From the human T2T-CHM13v2.0 reference genome, Homo sapiens, in NCBI RefSeq assembly GCF_009914755.1, contig NC_060930.1: a DNA stretch of 64,000 bases, one strand, 5' to 3'. The notes below the pieces were generated by a model, which had not been told where the DNA came from, ran no database searches, and saw only the letters and a program-made list of their open reading frames with translations. The position numbers and the translations under genes are program-made. Of the stretch, positions 13,861 through 26,960 are shown in pieces. Numbering within the stretch: the stretch's first letter is position 1; each line of letters begins with the position of its first letter.

Positions 13861-14658
13861 ATGACACTCTATGAAAGTATTTTCATCTGGGTCTTCTGTT
13901 TCTCTAGTGCCCGCTTCCCTGAAAAGAAGAAAGGAAAAAAGAGGAAGAAAGAGAGAGAAAGAGAAACGGAAGTAAGGAAGGGAGAAAGGAAGGTTGCTTC
14001 AGTCTCTCAGAGGCAAATCCTCTTTCCAGTTGCCTGCCCAGAAGCACTGTGGCCTCAGCCCTTTCAGGTGAGTTGTGCCCTAAAAGTCTTCCCTCCAATC
14101 TCTCAAAGAACTATGAGTAAAAGAAGATTGGTCTCAGAGCCTTGCTCTGTCTAGACAAAGAGCATAATACAATCACTCATTTTTCAATTGATATTGACCT
14201 CTGCAGTTTCACATGCTATATTCAGCAGTTAATAAACCTCTAGAATTCATTAAAACTGCTCTAAGTTCCTGGAAAAGAAAAACTAGTTATTGGAACATTT
14301 ACAGCTGACTGAGCCCAGAAAGTGCATTATAGTTTCATTTACAAGTAAAATTCCACCTTATCATTTGCCTATAATAACTACGTCACCAATAATAATGAGG
14401 CTGTGCTTGTTTTTCTTCCTTTTCCCAACCATTACACATAGGAAGAGGGTAAGACTCTGTCTTAAGCACAAATAAAAATAAAAGAAAATGTACTAACAGG
14501 GATTTATAAGAATTAAAATTATAACTATGTGTTAGATGAATAGAACAAAATATTTGGTTAGACACTGGCTTTCCTAGTGTAGGATATGCAGAGCACTATA
14601 GGCATTTGCAAGTGAATGTGGAAGGAAAAGTATCAAGTATGCTCTCTGCAAAGATTGA

Positions 14659-15275
<617 letters not shown>

Positions 15276-16099
15276 AACATCGAGATTTTGGATGAGGTCA
15301 AATGTGACTTCTGGAGAGAAACTGTTGAAACTGACAAGTTTGAGAGGGTTAAAAAACAATGTCCAGAGGAGCTTCTCTCGGCCTTTCCATAAACTGCTGT
15401 TAGTATTTCTCAAGCTTATGGCTACTCCCTTAAGAAGATAGTATTGCAGCTGGTGTGACCAGTGAATTGGAAACTATTCTATTAATAGTTTCAAAGTACC
15501 TTGCTTTATCCTCTAATTGGCACATACTCACAAGAATCAATTGATGAAAACAGCCTCTCTGCTCAAATCTGCAGCCGTTTACTCATGAAATGGAACACAT
15601 CCAACCAAAAACCATCAGGAAACTGCTGTCCAGGAAAAACCTGGAAATTTTGGGCCAGTCTCTGAACATCCAATGTGGGGTATCATGTCCTGAGGCCAGT
15701 TGATGTTTCAAAGGAGACCCAAAGATATGAGATCTGATTGCCAATGTTTTTAAGGGGTTTCCCTGAAGAGCTCAAAACAAATCTAGTCATTTAATGATGG
15801 AATAAGTAAATGGTGACTAGAGAGAAGCATTGCCAATGCTCTTATTTGTAACATCCTTGCAGTCCCAGGGTTCTTCCTCAGATCACAATGTGTCAAAATG
15901 ACTTCTTCAGAATGTTGAGGAGTATCTTGCCTCCAGAAAGTTTACCATTTAGTTGACCTTCCCCAAGCACCAGTCACAAGTTTTGCTGTGTCAGTTTGGT
16001 CAAGGTACAAAAATCTTTGCATCCAAACCTCTATACCTCCAAGTAATAAAATTTTTAACAATTAATTTCAACTCTGGCTCTTTGCTAATATATAACACT

Positions 16100-16340
16100 A
16101 CCATTGTTTGACCAGTTATTAGGTACATGACAATCTACTAGAAATTCTACAGGCAATAATTCCAATATATATAACATCCTGATGTGAGCTACTATTATCC
16201 CTGTTTTGGAGGTCAGCAAACAGAGTTCAGAGAATTGAGATTATTTGCCCAAACTAGTCTACAATGCAATAAATGGTAGACATTGAATTTTGATTCAACT
16301 TATTCTTCCTTCAAAGCCTCTGCTTTTTCTCTTAATGTAA
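16100..16340 (-). mobile_element. MIR
   Basis: actattatccctgttttgga...gatTatttgcccaa...aaatggtaga. Confidence 0.65.
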
Positions 16341-16669
16341 CAGCTGAAGTGGATTGGATCAGCTTATGTGGGTCGTGTCTATAGGATTCAGAATTCATGT
16401 CCAGGGCAGGTGTCATCATCCCCAGTAAAAGACAGTTCACAAGTGCTGTGCACATGGAGAAAATGAACTACCATCATCCAGCTCCTAATACTGCAAACCC
16501 AAACATCAGTGATGCCTCAGTGAGCAGTGGGGCCTGGCTTTCTAATCAGGGCAATATTAGCCTGACACCCAGACTATTATCAATGCTGGTGCCTGGTGGG
16601 TGTGTCTGTTATCATAAAGCCCACAGCCAAGCTGGTTGGGCTCACTTGCTATTCATGACCACAAATTCA

Positions 16670-17040
16670 CATCCTACCATCTCACTCCTCAAGTCACAAA
16701 ACCAGACTTCCTTCTCTACCACAGCACTGAAATGACCATAGTCAAGCTTACCAATAAGCTTCATGCAGTGAGACACAAAGGCAACTTTTTGGTCCTCACC
16801 TTCCAGAGGTATTGACATAACTACCCACCATATCTTTGAAATTCTCTTCTCTCTGGGTGTCTATAGCCCCGCCCTCAGCTGGGCTCTATTGACTACTCAT
16901 TCTCCGTCTCCTTTAGTGACTTTTCCCTTGGCCCAAACTCTAAATGTCTTAACATGACACGGTCTCAGACCCTCTACTCTTTCCTAACTGTGATCTCTCC
17001 CTAAAGTATAACTTTTAAAAAAATCCCATTGAGTACAAGC
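16670..17040 (+). mobile_element. L2 ORF2 fragment
   Basis: ctctaccacagcactgaaa, tctttgaaattctcttctctctggg, ctctccctaa. Confidence 0.65.
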
Positions 17041-17058
17041 ATATATATCCCACCACCA

Positions 17059-19700
17059 CAGATGCAGAAATCCTCAATAAAATACTAACTAACCAAATCC
17101 AGCAGCACATGAAAAAGCTAATTCACCATGATCAAGGAGGATTTATTCCTGGGATGCAACATATGCAAATCAATAAATGTGATTCATCACATAAGCAGAA
17201 CTAAAAACAAAAACCACATGGCCATCTCAATAGACAGAGAAAAGGCTTTGGATAAAACTTAATATCCCTTCATGTTAAAAAACCCTTAAGGAACTTAGCA
17301 ACAAAGGAACATAGCTCAAAACAATAAGAGCTGTCTATGGCAAACTCACAGACAACATTGTGCTGAATGAACAAAAGCTGAAAGCATTCCCCTTAAGAAA
17401 ACCAGAACGATACCCACTCTCACCATTCATGGGTTTTTAAAAATTTTTTTAACTTTTATTTTAGGAACCAAAGAAGAGCCCAAATAGCCAAAGCAATCCT
17501 GAACAAAAAAAAAAGAGTGGGAGGCATTATGTTATCAACTTCAAACTATGTTACAAGGCTACAGTAACCAAAACAGTATGGTACTGGTACAGAAAGAGAC
17601 ATATAGACCAACGGAACAGAATAGAGAGCCCAGAAATAATGCCTCACCACTCCTATTAAACATAGTACTAGAAGTCCTAGCCAGAGCAATCAGGTAAGAG
17701 AAAGAAATAAAAGGCATCCAAATAGAAAGTGAGGAAATCAAACTATCTCTCTTCACAGATGATATGATTCTATAACTAGAGAACCTCATAGTCTCTGGCC
17801 AAAGTCCCCTAGAACTCATAAACAACTTCGGTAAAGTTCCAGGATACAAAATGAATATACAAAACTCAGTAGCATTTCTATACATTGATAACATCCAAGC
17901 TAAAAGCCAAATCAAGAACACAATCCTAGTCCCAATAGCCACAAAAAGAATAAAATACCAGGAATACAGCTAACCCAGGAGGTGAAAGATCTCTACAATG
18001 AGAACTATAAAACACTGCTGAAAGAAATCAGAGAAAACACAAACAAATGGGAAAACATTCCATGCCCATGGATAGGAAAAATTAGCATTGTTAAAGTGGC
18101 TATATTGCTCAAAGCAATTTACAGATTCAATACCATTACTATCAAACTACCAATGACATTTTTTTCACAGAATTAGAAAATACTATACTAAAATTTATAT
18201 GGAACCAAAAAAAAGCCCAAATAGCCAAAGCAATCCTAAGCAAAAAGAATAAAGCCAGAGGCATCACACTGACTTCAAACTATACTACAAGGCTACAGCA
18301 ACTAAAACAGTATGGTACTGGTACAAAAACAGGCACATAGGCTGATGGAACAGAATAGAGAACCCAGAAATAATGCTGCATACCTACAATCATCTGATCT
18401 TTGACAAAGTTGGTAATAATAAGTAATGGGAAAAGGACTCCCTATTTAACAAATGGTGCTGGGATAACTGGCTAGTCATATGCAGAAAATTTAAACGGGA
18501 CCCTTTCCTTTCACCATATAAAAAATCAACTCAAGGTGGATTGCAGACTCAAATTTAAAACTTAAAACTATTAAATCTGTAGAATAAAACCTAGAAAATG
18601 CCATTCTGGACATAGACCTTGACAAAGATTTCATGACAAAGTCTCCATGACAAAGTCTCCAAACACAATTGTAACAAAAATGAAAATAGACAAGTGAGAC
18701 CTAATTAAACTAAAGAGCTTCTGCACAGCAACAGAAAGTATCATCAACAGAGTAACAGAAATCCTACAAAATGGGAGAAAATATTTGCAAACTATGCATC
18801 CAGCAAAGGTCTAATATACAGAATTTATAAGGAACTTAAACAAGTCAACAAGCAAAAAGCAAACAACCCCATTACAAAATGGACAAAGGACATGAACAGA
18901 TGCTTTTCTGAAGAAGACATACATGCAGCCAACAAGCATATGAAGAAATGTTCAACATCACTAATTTTTAGAGAAATGCAAATCAAAACGACAATGAGAT
19001 ACCATCTCACACCAGTCAGAATGGCTGGTCAAAAAAGAACAGATGTTGATGAAGAGGTTGCAGAGAAAAGGAAATGCTTATACACTGTGATGGGAATGCA
19101 AGTTAGTTCAGTCACTGTGAAAAGCAGTTTGGAGATTTCTCAAAGAACTTAAAACAGAATTACCTTTTGACCCAGAAATCCCGTTACTGGGTATATACCC
19201 AAAGGAATATAAATCATTCTACTATAAGGACACATGTAGGCATATGTTCACTGCAGCACTATTTGCATCAACCTAAATATCCATCAATGGTGGAACAGAT
19301 AAAGAAAATTTGGTACATATACACCATGGAATACTATACAGCCATTAAAAATGAAATAATATCCTTTGCAGCAACATGGATGTAGCTGGAGGCCATTATC
19401 CTAAGGAAAATAATGCAGGAACAGAAAACCAAGCATGCATGTTCTCACTCATAAGTGGGGGCTAAGTACCCATGGACACAAAGATGGGAAGAATAGGCAC
19501 ACCAGGGCCCACCTGAGGGGGGAAGGTGAGAGGAGGGTGAGGGTCAAAAAACTACCTGTTGGGTACTATGCTTACTATTTGGGTGACAAAATTATTTGTA
19601 CACTAAACCCCAGTGTCATGCAATTTACCTGTGTAACAAAAGTGTACACATACCCCCTGAATCTAAAAGTTAAATACCAAAAAAAGAAAGAAAATAAACA
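17059..19700 (+). mobile_element. 5'-truncated L1PA15/16-like element
   Basis: ORF2 RT/C-terminal remnants; 3'UTR gggtgagggtcaaaaaactacctgttgggtactatgc. Confidence 0.9.
17431..17642 (-). mobile_element. Mini L1 with 5' inversion nested in the L1
   Basis: Antisense L1 3' terminus (17434-17465) joined to a sense ORF2 piece (17464-17642); flanked by ctcaccattcat / ctcaccactcct. Confidence 0.7.
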
Positions 19701-20518
19701 GAAAGTTTTCCAAAGATGTTGTATCTTTTAAAATCCACTTTCAATTTCTTCAAACTGCAGTATAACACTATTTGGTAGTCAAACATCCAGGAGTCATTCA
19801 TTAATACATACATAAATAAATATTTAGTGTGAAGTACAATAAGGAGAGCACTCAGAGAAAAGCTCCAACGCCCCACCTCTCTCCAGGCCAACTCCCTGCT
19901 CCTCTGCCCCTTGGCACATGGAAGAAGAGGGCCTGAATGTCCACTTTGCCAGAGCAGAGGGAAGGGCACCTCTGGTCACTTTAATCTTTCCCACCATGTG
20001 CTTCCTTGATGAGTAAAAAACTAGAAGCCAACATTCCAAGTAGAATGGCCTGGGTTCTGTCTTGTGTTGAGCATTCTGGCTCATGCTCGAAAGCAGATAA
20101 AGAGTGGCACATGCCTGTGGCTATTTCAGAATCTCAGAGATGTGCAGGAGGCTGTCCCTCTGAGAAAATGGAGCAACAACTAATGTATTATTCATATATT
20201 TGAGCTTCCAGAAGAAAGGTCTACTCCGAGGACAGATTTTTTTCTGCTATTAATGACCACTTTTTAAAACAGATATCTGATGGCAATGTCATTTGGGGGC
20301 TCTTTGGGTACCTATTTCCCATCAAGATTAAATAGATTTACCTGATCAAGGGCTAAGAGGAAATAAACCTAATGCCCACAGACATTTTCAATTACCAATG
20401 TTTAGTTAGGGAATACTCTAGCATCTTTTTACAGTTAACTTCGTAAGGCCTTTGAACGACTTCAACCATTCTTGGGAATAATCACCTTTCTGTTGAGTGA
20501 TGGCAAAAGTCCAAGCAC

Positions 20519-20720
20519 TAGAAGAATGATATATTGGACTTTGGGGCCTCAAAGGGAAGGGTGAGAGGGGGGTGAGGGATAAAAGACTACACATTGGGTA
20601 CAGTGTACACTGCTCAGGTGACGAGTCCACCAAAATATCAGAAATCACCACTGAAGAACTTATCCAAGTAACCAAACACCACCTGTTCTCCAAAAACCTA
20701 TTGGAAAAAAAAAAACAAAA
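20519..20720 (+). mobile_element. L1PB 3' end (severely truncated)
   Basis: gggataaaagactacacattgggtacagtgtacactgctcaggtga; perfect 15 bp TSD caaaagtccaagcac (20504-20518, 20721-20735). Confidence 0.92.
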
Positions 20721-22049
20721 CAAAAGTCCAAGCACCGTGTCCCTCAATATCTAAGACACATGTCAACCCAGCACGGACAGCCAAGGGAACAGGCACCGGT
20801 ACTTAAGCATCTTAGCCCCACTCAGACCCCTTGAGTTCGATTCCATCCTGGCCCTTCCAGGGCTCTATCAACCCTTAACAATCCTAAAACACCTAACCCC
20901 TGAAGTCATTCTGGAAAAGAGGATGAGTTTCCCAAGGGCCAGAGAAGAAGTCTTAGAAACTAGAGAAGGTAATGACCCCCTAGAATCTTCTTGATGCAAA
21001 AACAAGCCACCAGGATGACCAAAGGGCAGTGCAGTCTTCTCACAGCATCCTCTGACTTAGACCTGGGCTGCTCAGCTTTCTCAGAGCTGAAGACTCCAGG
21101 ACTTTCTGAATCTAGATTCACATTTCCAAAAGGAGTATATGTCTAAGACATTCCAAAAAAGTGGTCATGTTTGGTGGGAATGAGGTTTTCCTGCACAATT
21201 ATGGTTAAATCTCACGTTAGTGAAGATTTTGTGGTTGAAGCCATCTGGAATCCTCTCACTAAGTGGCTTCCCATAGCTCTGGCCAGAAGTCACCTTGGTT
21301 GGACATAAGGACATGATTATATATCCTGTTGTTCAGACCTAAGCCTGAGTACTCAATCAGGTTATTAAATTGTTTTTACCCTCACCCTGGATTTTTCTGT
21401 AACAAGGATCACCTTGAAAACAGGCTAGACTCTGCTATCTAAAGGTACCTTTACAAAGAGTCTGAAAACAGAATAAATATTATGTTTTCTTGATGAGGCG
21501 TTTATTGTACCCTCTGAGCATCCAAACTTAATGGGTCAGAAGAATACCAGGTGCTGCTCTTGTTTGATAAAAGCAGTTATCACATGCTATTTAGAGAGTG
21601 TGTGGAAAGAGTTCTTGGCTGTGATTGAATCCTGCAATTCTGTCTCCAACAGGCTTTCAGCAGCCATGGCTCTGAGTCATCTGCCTGGTGACCAGAAGCT
21701 GACATCCAATATCATGTGCCTCCCCAGATAATGAGGTCAAATGTGCCAGACCCACAAGGGGCTTGATAACAGCTTATTAACATCCCCAAATGATAGCACT
21801 TTTGATTAAACCTCACATGTCTGCCTGTCCCCCCTCTCATCCTTTCTAAAATTAGAGCTGGTATTTTACTAACCATGCCCTTGCTTGAACTTTAGAATGG
21901 TTCAAGGATAGTGCAAAATCATGATGTCTTTTCACTGTAATCCCCAAGAACAGGGTTTTTCTGGGTCACAAAGTCTTAGATTAATTCAAACTTTACTGAG
22001 TTTTCCTCCCCTTTGGAATAAATTAGATACTTTTTGGAAAGCCAACAAG

Positions 22050-22290
22050 GTACAAAACAGAGCACAAAGTTTAGATTCAGAAATCATGTGCTCTAATGTG
22101 CTTTGTTCCCTAAGCTAAATAGTATGTAAACCAACAGAAGTCACTTTGCGTCACCGTAACTCAGTTTGCCATCTACAAAAATGAAAGAGTGCTACTTTTT
22201 AGAGCTTTGTGGAGTAGGAATCAAATAGGATAATAGATAGAAATCCCTCTTTCAATAATGAAAGCAGTATATAACTATTATTATATACTG
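22050..22290 (+). mobile_element. MIR
   Basis: agagcacaaagtttagattcaga...ctcagtttgccatctacaaaaatg. Confidence 0.6.
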
Positions 22291-22479
22291 GTATGTAATA
22301 TTATTACCATCATAATTATGGTTCCTGTTTCTAGGTTTTATATTTTGTAGCAACATTTATCTGTTTGAGAATTTTAATTGCCAAAGTCAATTTGTCCCAT
22401 TTTGATGTCAAGACATAATATATTATAAGAGAATTTGAAAATATCCTCTGATGTGCCCCTGGGCCTCCAAAATGAAGCT

Positions 22480-23680
22480 GTTCTGGGCTGGCAGGCAGCT
22501 CTAGAGCCCCATGAAAGTGAGTAGAAGAAAGTTAAGGGCCAGACTGATGAACAGCAGAAGGCAAGCACAATAAGGACTGGGGTGTGGGGGGTCGATAGCA
22601 ATAGGGAGAGTCTACAATCACATGGAAGAAAGGGAAAGTCAAGATTTCCCTGTCATGGAATAGTTTGTTTGGCATCGGGGGAAGCTGATCAAGGTGAAAT
22701 TACAAAGAAAAACTAGGAGTGGGGAGGGCTTTCCAGAGAAAATTAAAACAGCTCAGGTGGAAGATGGCTTGCTTTTGGACATGGATTTGACTACAGAGAG
22801 GGAGAGGGTAAGACAGGTAGGATAGAAAGTCAAGGATAAATCTGCACCAAGACTCATTGGGTAAGACATACAATGAGTGCCTGAAATCCGAGGCAGGGTC
22901 TCTGGGCTCACAATGTCAGCGTGAAGATCATGATGAGGCTGCAAAGCAGATGAGAGTGAAGGAGTGAGAGGGCTGGGAGGAGAGGAAATTCGGGCAGAGA
23001 GAGAGATGTGGGAACTTAAGAACTTAGAGGAAAAGAGTTCTGATGGAGGAGATATGCACATGGGTGTGGAGGATGGAAATGGGAGAGCGGAGGTGGTGAT
23101 TCCTGAAGTGGAGACAGTCAAGAGTCCATTAGACCAGGATCTTCACTGAGTACCCACATTGCAAATGGAATCTCCCAGGCTGAAGGTGGGACTTATAAAG
23201 ATGGGAAGATTATGATGCACACAAGAACCAATTTTTTCCGTAAATTTAGAAAAATGACCAAGAGTTTAGAAGATGAGAGTGACAAGAAAGGGAAGGGATG
23301 ATATAGCCCGCATTACAGGGAGCCATCCATAAGGGGATAAGGATATTATTTGGAAGCCAACTCTCCTCTCGCTTCTGATTTTTTTCTTCCTCATCCCATC
23401 CTCAGACTCAGGCTCAGAGATGGTGAAGATGTTGAAGAATCAGCAGGCTCCACACGATCCTTGAAAAGACTACAAAATTAATGATGTTTTCTTCAGATAG
23501 TCAGATGCAGGTACAGAACGAGGAAGTCAAAGGAATTGCTCTGTGATCAGGAGGAGTGTGTAGAGGACTCTGAAGGACCAACAGAAAGCCTGGGTGGGAA
23601 GACAGCCATGGAAGGATTAAATGAGAGGCAGAACATGAAAATTCAGTGGGCAGAGGGGCTTGCATTTGGGGCTATGACTG
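22480..23680 (-). mobile_element. L2 internal (ORF2 5') region
   Basis: Long purine-rich tract typical of antisense L2; gagtgcctgaaatc...gggtctctggg, gcaaatggaatctcccagg. Confidence 0.55.
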
Positions 23681-24194
23681 GCTGACGAGGATGAGAAACA
23701 GGGTGGAATGAACTGACCTCAAGATTCTAGGTGAGCCCCCGGGGTGGTCTGAGACCTCAGGCCTTTCCAGAAACCCAATGGCATCAGGATTCTTAACAGA
23801 ACATTGAAGGATGTGTCCAGGTGCAGACTGGCCCAGGAGCCCTCCCACATATAAGCTCAAAAATGAGGTCTTTCATATGTTCTGCCGGAGATTATGAGTT
23901 TGGAGGTGCCATAGTCTCTTTCACCCACTTGCATAGGTTGTAGCTTCTGGACACTCACAAGGCAGCTACTTTCAGCCAGCAAGTGGCCTGCCACCATCGT
24001 ATCTGAGGTGTGGTAGCCTGAGGTCAGCTCTCAGTTATCAAAGGCCTGATGAAACATAATTCTGACTGTGTTTTGACATTGAGTTCTCAGATTATCTAAT
24101 GGCACAGATCAACTCCCTTCTTGCTCCTTTACCTTAACCCTATTTTATTCACCCCTTATTCCCAAATTTGTGACATTATTGGTGACCTTGAAAA

Positions 24195-24690
24195 ACTGGT
24201 AGCAACCTAAATGCCAAACAATAGGAGAATAGTTAATAAATTATAGCACATTTGAGATTCAGAATACCAAAACGCAGTTTCAAAAATGGGGCAAACTTGT
24301 ATGTGCTATTGTGGAAGGATCACTATGATGCTTGCTGGGTAGAAAAAGGATTTGATGACATAACTAGAGGGGATCCCATTTTTAGAAGGAAAGAAGGGAG
24401 GGAAGGAGGGAGGGAGGGAGGAAGAGATGGGAAGGGATGGAGGGAGGGAGGGAGAGAGAGAGGAGAAATTCATACTTACGTGTACTGTGTGTATACAAGT
24501 ATGTGTGTTTGTGAGTAGAGAAGATTTTTGAAATGATACCCAATTGATAACTCCAGCTACCTCCAGGTGTAAGCCTGGGGATGATGGGAGGGTAGACAGG
24601 AAGAACTTTGCTACTTACACTGTACATTTCTGTGATTCTTGAATTTTTTACAACTATTATTATTTATTATGTTAGTAATTAAAGACAAAC
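24195..24690 (+). mobile_element. L1ME-type 3'UTR fragment containing a GA-rich tract
   Basis: aactggtagcaacctaaatgccaaacaataggagaatagttaataaatta. Confidence 0.65.
24385..24466. repeat. (GGAA/GGGA)n purine-rich low-complexity tract
   Basis: Read directly from the sequence. Confidence 0.9.
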
Positions 24691-26104
24691 AATTCTATAA
24701 ATGATTGTTTAGATCTGATATTTACAAGCTCTAGTCACACTCAAGTTTTATTAACTTTGGATTTGGGCATGATATAAGCAAGCAGAAAATGTTTATTTAC
24801 TCACTGATGGCACATTGTTTGGAAGAGCTTGGAGCAAAGATGATGAAAGCAATTTGCAAAATCACTCAGCAGAAACTGGAAAATGTCAATGAGTTGGAAA
24901 ATTGTTCTGAACAATGCTTGATGAGGGTTAGTCGCTGGGCTGAAGCTGGGAAATTCGAACTGCCTTGCTTTTGTATGCCATTTGCTATCTTCTGATTATG
25001 AGTGAGAACTGAAATTATTAGAGTTTCAAGTTACATAAGCAGGCAATTTTCTCATTTTTAAACGAAGATTTAAAAGTCATACACAAATAATTGCAGGTTT
25101 TGAAGTGTTGCATCTGAAACCTATACTATAAATATTTTTTAAATAGAATTCAATTTAATTTTAAAATACTGAAAGGTGAAGTTTTTATAATTTACATATT
25201 TGATTTGTTTTTATAATTTTCCACCGAAAGGCTAAGTGAGCAAACTTTCCACCCAATTACTCAAAACTCCACTAGAATTGACACCAATGACTTCATCTTA
25301 TATTAGCTTCCTATCTAAATATACCACTGAAAAAATTATTGCAAATAACCTCAGTGTTAAAAATGGCTTTTTGAACAAACACAATCTCCCAAACAGTGTA
25401 AGGGAGCTGCACTTGGAAATGTGTTCCTTGACATTACTTTCCAAAGTCAAGAACACTTCACTAACCCCCATGGCCCAGGTATCAAAGGAAGAAAAGGACA
25501 AAGATTGCAGTAGAAAAGGTTTGTCCTCACAGTCAGTCTCATACACACTCTCCCCCAATCCCATTAGGTCCAAGACACTGGTTCTGCCTCTCCGGGAGTG
25601 CTCTCCCACCCCACCCTACCAGGTCTGAATTCTCCCGGTGTCTCTGCAGGTTTCTTCTGTAAAATTAACTTGTATGTTTTAAAAACCAGGTCCAATGAAG
25701 GGCCATTCAGGAAGAGCAAGTTCAGTCCATGTTTTGAGAAAGGGAAAGAGCTGAATTTCATCCCAAAAAAGAAAATAAAATAAAAGAATCATAGACATTT
25801 TGAATTGCAAGAGATTACCAAAATCTTTGAATCCAGTTCTCTCTTTCAAAGCTGAAGAAACCAACTCCCTAAGAGCTATGACACCAGCCAGGACCAAATG
25901 GTTATTTTGTGGCCAATTTATTGGTAGATAGAAAGAGATTATCTTCAGTACTATGATATTTCTGGAACATATTGGTGATATTCAAAACATGATTATATTA
26001 AAAATGTAGTACATTCAGATTATATACCCTATTAGGTGACAAAAAAATGATATGATAAATTGCAACTTCTTGGTATCTGTCTGTTTTTTAAACCAAGGCT
26101 TAAA

Positions 26105-26660
26105 CATTCATTTATTCATTCCGCAAACATTGAATGCCTATTATATGCCAGGCACTGTTCAGATGCTGGGGAAGAGCGGGAACAAAATGGTCATTGGTGA
26201 GTTTTGAGGACAGAAGTGAGATGATCTGAATTATCATGTTAAAGGACCTCTCGAGTTGCTGTGTTGAGAAGAGACCATGAGGCAGGGTGAGAGTCAGGCA
26301 AAGGCAGAAGCAGGAAAACAAGTTAGAAGGCTGTTGGCAGTAAACATAAGCAAGCATGGTGGCATAGACCAGCAGAGCAGTGCTGGAATCAAGGAAGAGC
26401 CAACAGGATTTCTTTCCTCAAGAAAGGAAAGAATCAGGGTCTAACTCCAAAATATTTGGCTTCAGCCACTGAAAGAATGAAGTTGCCATTAACTGAAATG
26501 GGGAAAACCAGAAAGATAATAATTGGGAGATAAAATCTGGAATTCAGTTTGGGGCACACTGTTTCAAAACTCTATAAGACATTCAAGAGTGATACTGATA
26601 AGCATGGTTGGGCCTAGGATTGCGGAGTTTAGTAGAAATACTGGGTTGGATATTTTCTGA
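26105..26660 (-). mobile_element. L2 3' part
   Basis: cattcatttattcattcc...gcctattatatgccaggcactgttc; gaatgaagttgccattaactgaaatgggg. Confidence 0.8.
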
Positions 26661-26759
26661 CTTTAATTTTGAAGTGAAGAGCCTGATGATAGCTAGTCAC
26701 CCACAAAGGCTATAAGAAAGTATTTCTCCCTAGAGTATTAGTAGCTATTACATTACCTT

Positions 26760-26960
26760 GATTCAACCAGTATTTATTTATTAGGCGCTAGGCACTATAA
26801 CAGGTTCTGAGTGTATAAAGATGATTACGGTTCTTCTTCTTTGACTAAATCTAAAGGAAAAGAAAGAAAATAAACACCACCAACAAAAACCTCAAATACT
26901 ATAAATGCTGCAAGAGTATGCCCAAGATGCTAGTGAAAAACACAGATGCAGATGTCATGA
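26760..26960 (-). mobile_element. L2 3' end fragment
   Basis: ttcaaccagtatttatt...ctaggcact. Confidence 0.5.

Noticed and set aside
18632-18659. 14 bp tandem duplication catgacaaagtctc
   Set aside because: Ordinary slippage within L1; similar short duplications at 46640-46666 and 52768-52810
22753-23121. Ser/Pro-rich 122 aa ORF
   Set aside because: Compositional product of L2-like purine/pyrimidine skew
25236-25897. Cluster of overlapping ORFs on both strands
   Set aside because: No recognisable domain, codon bias or coherent splice structure
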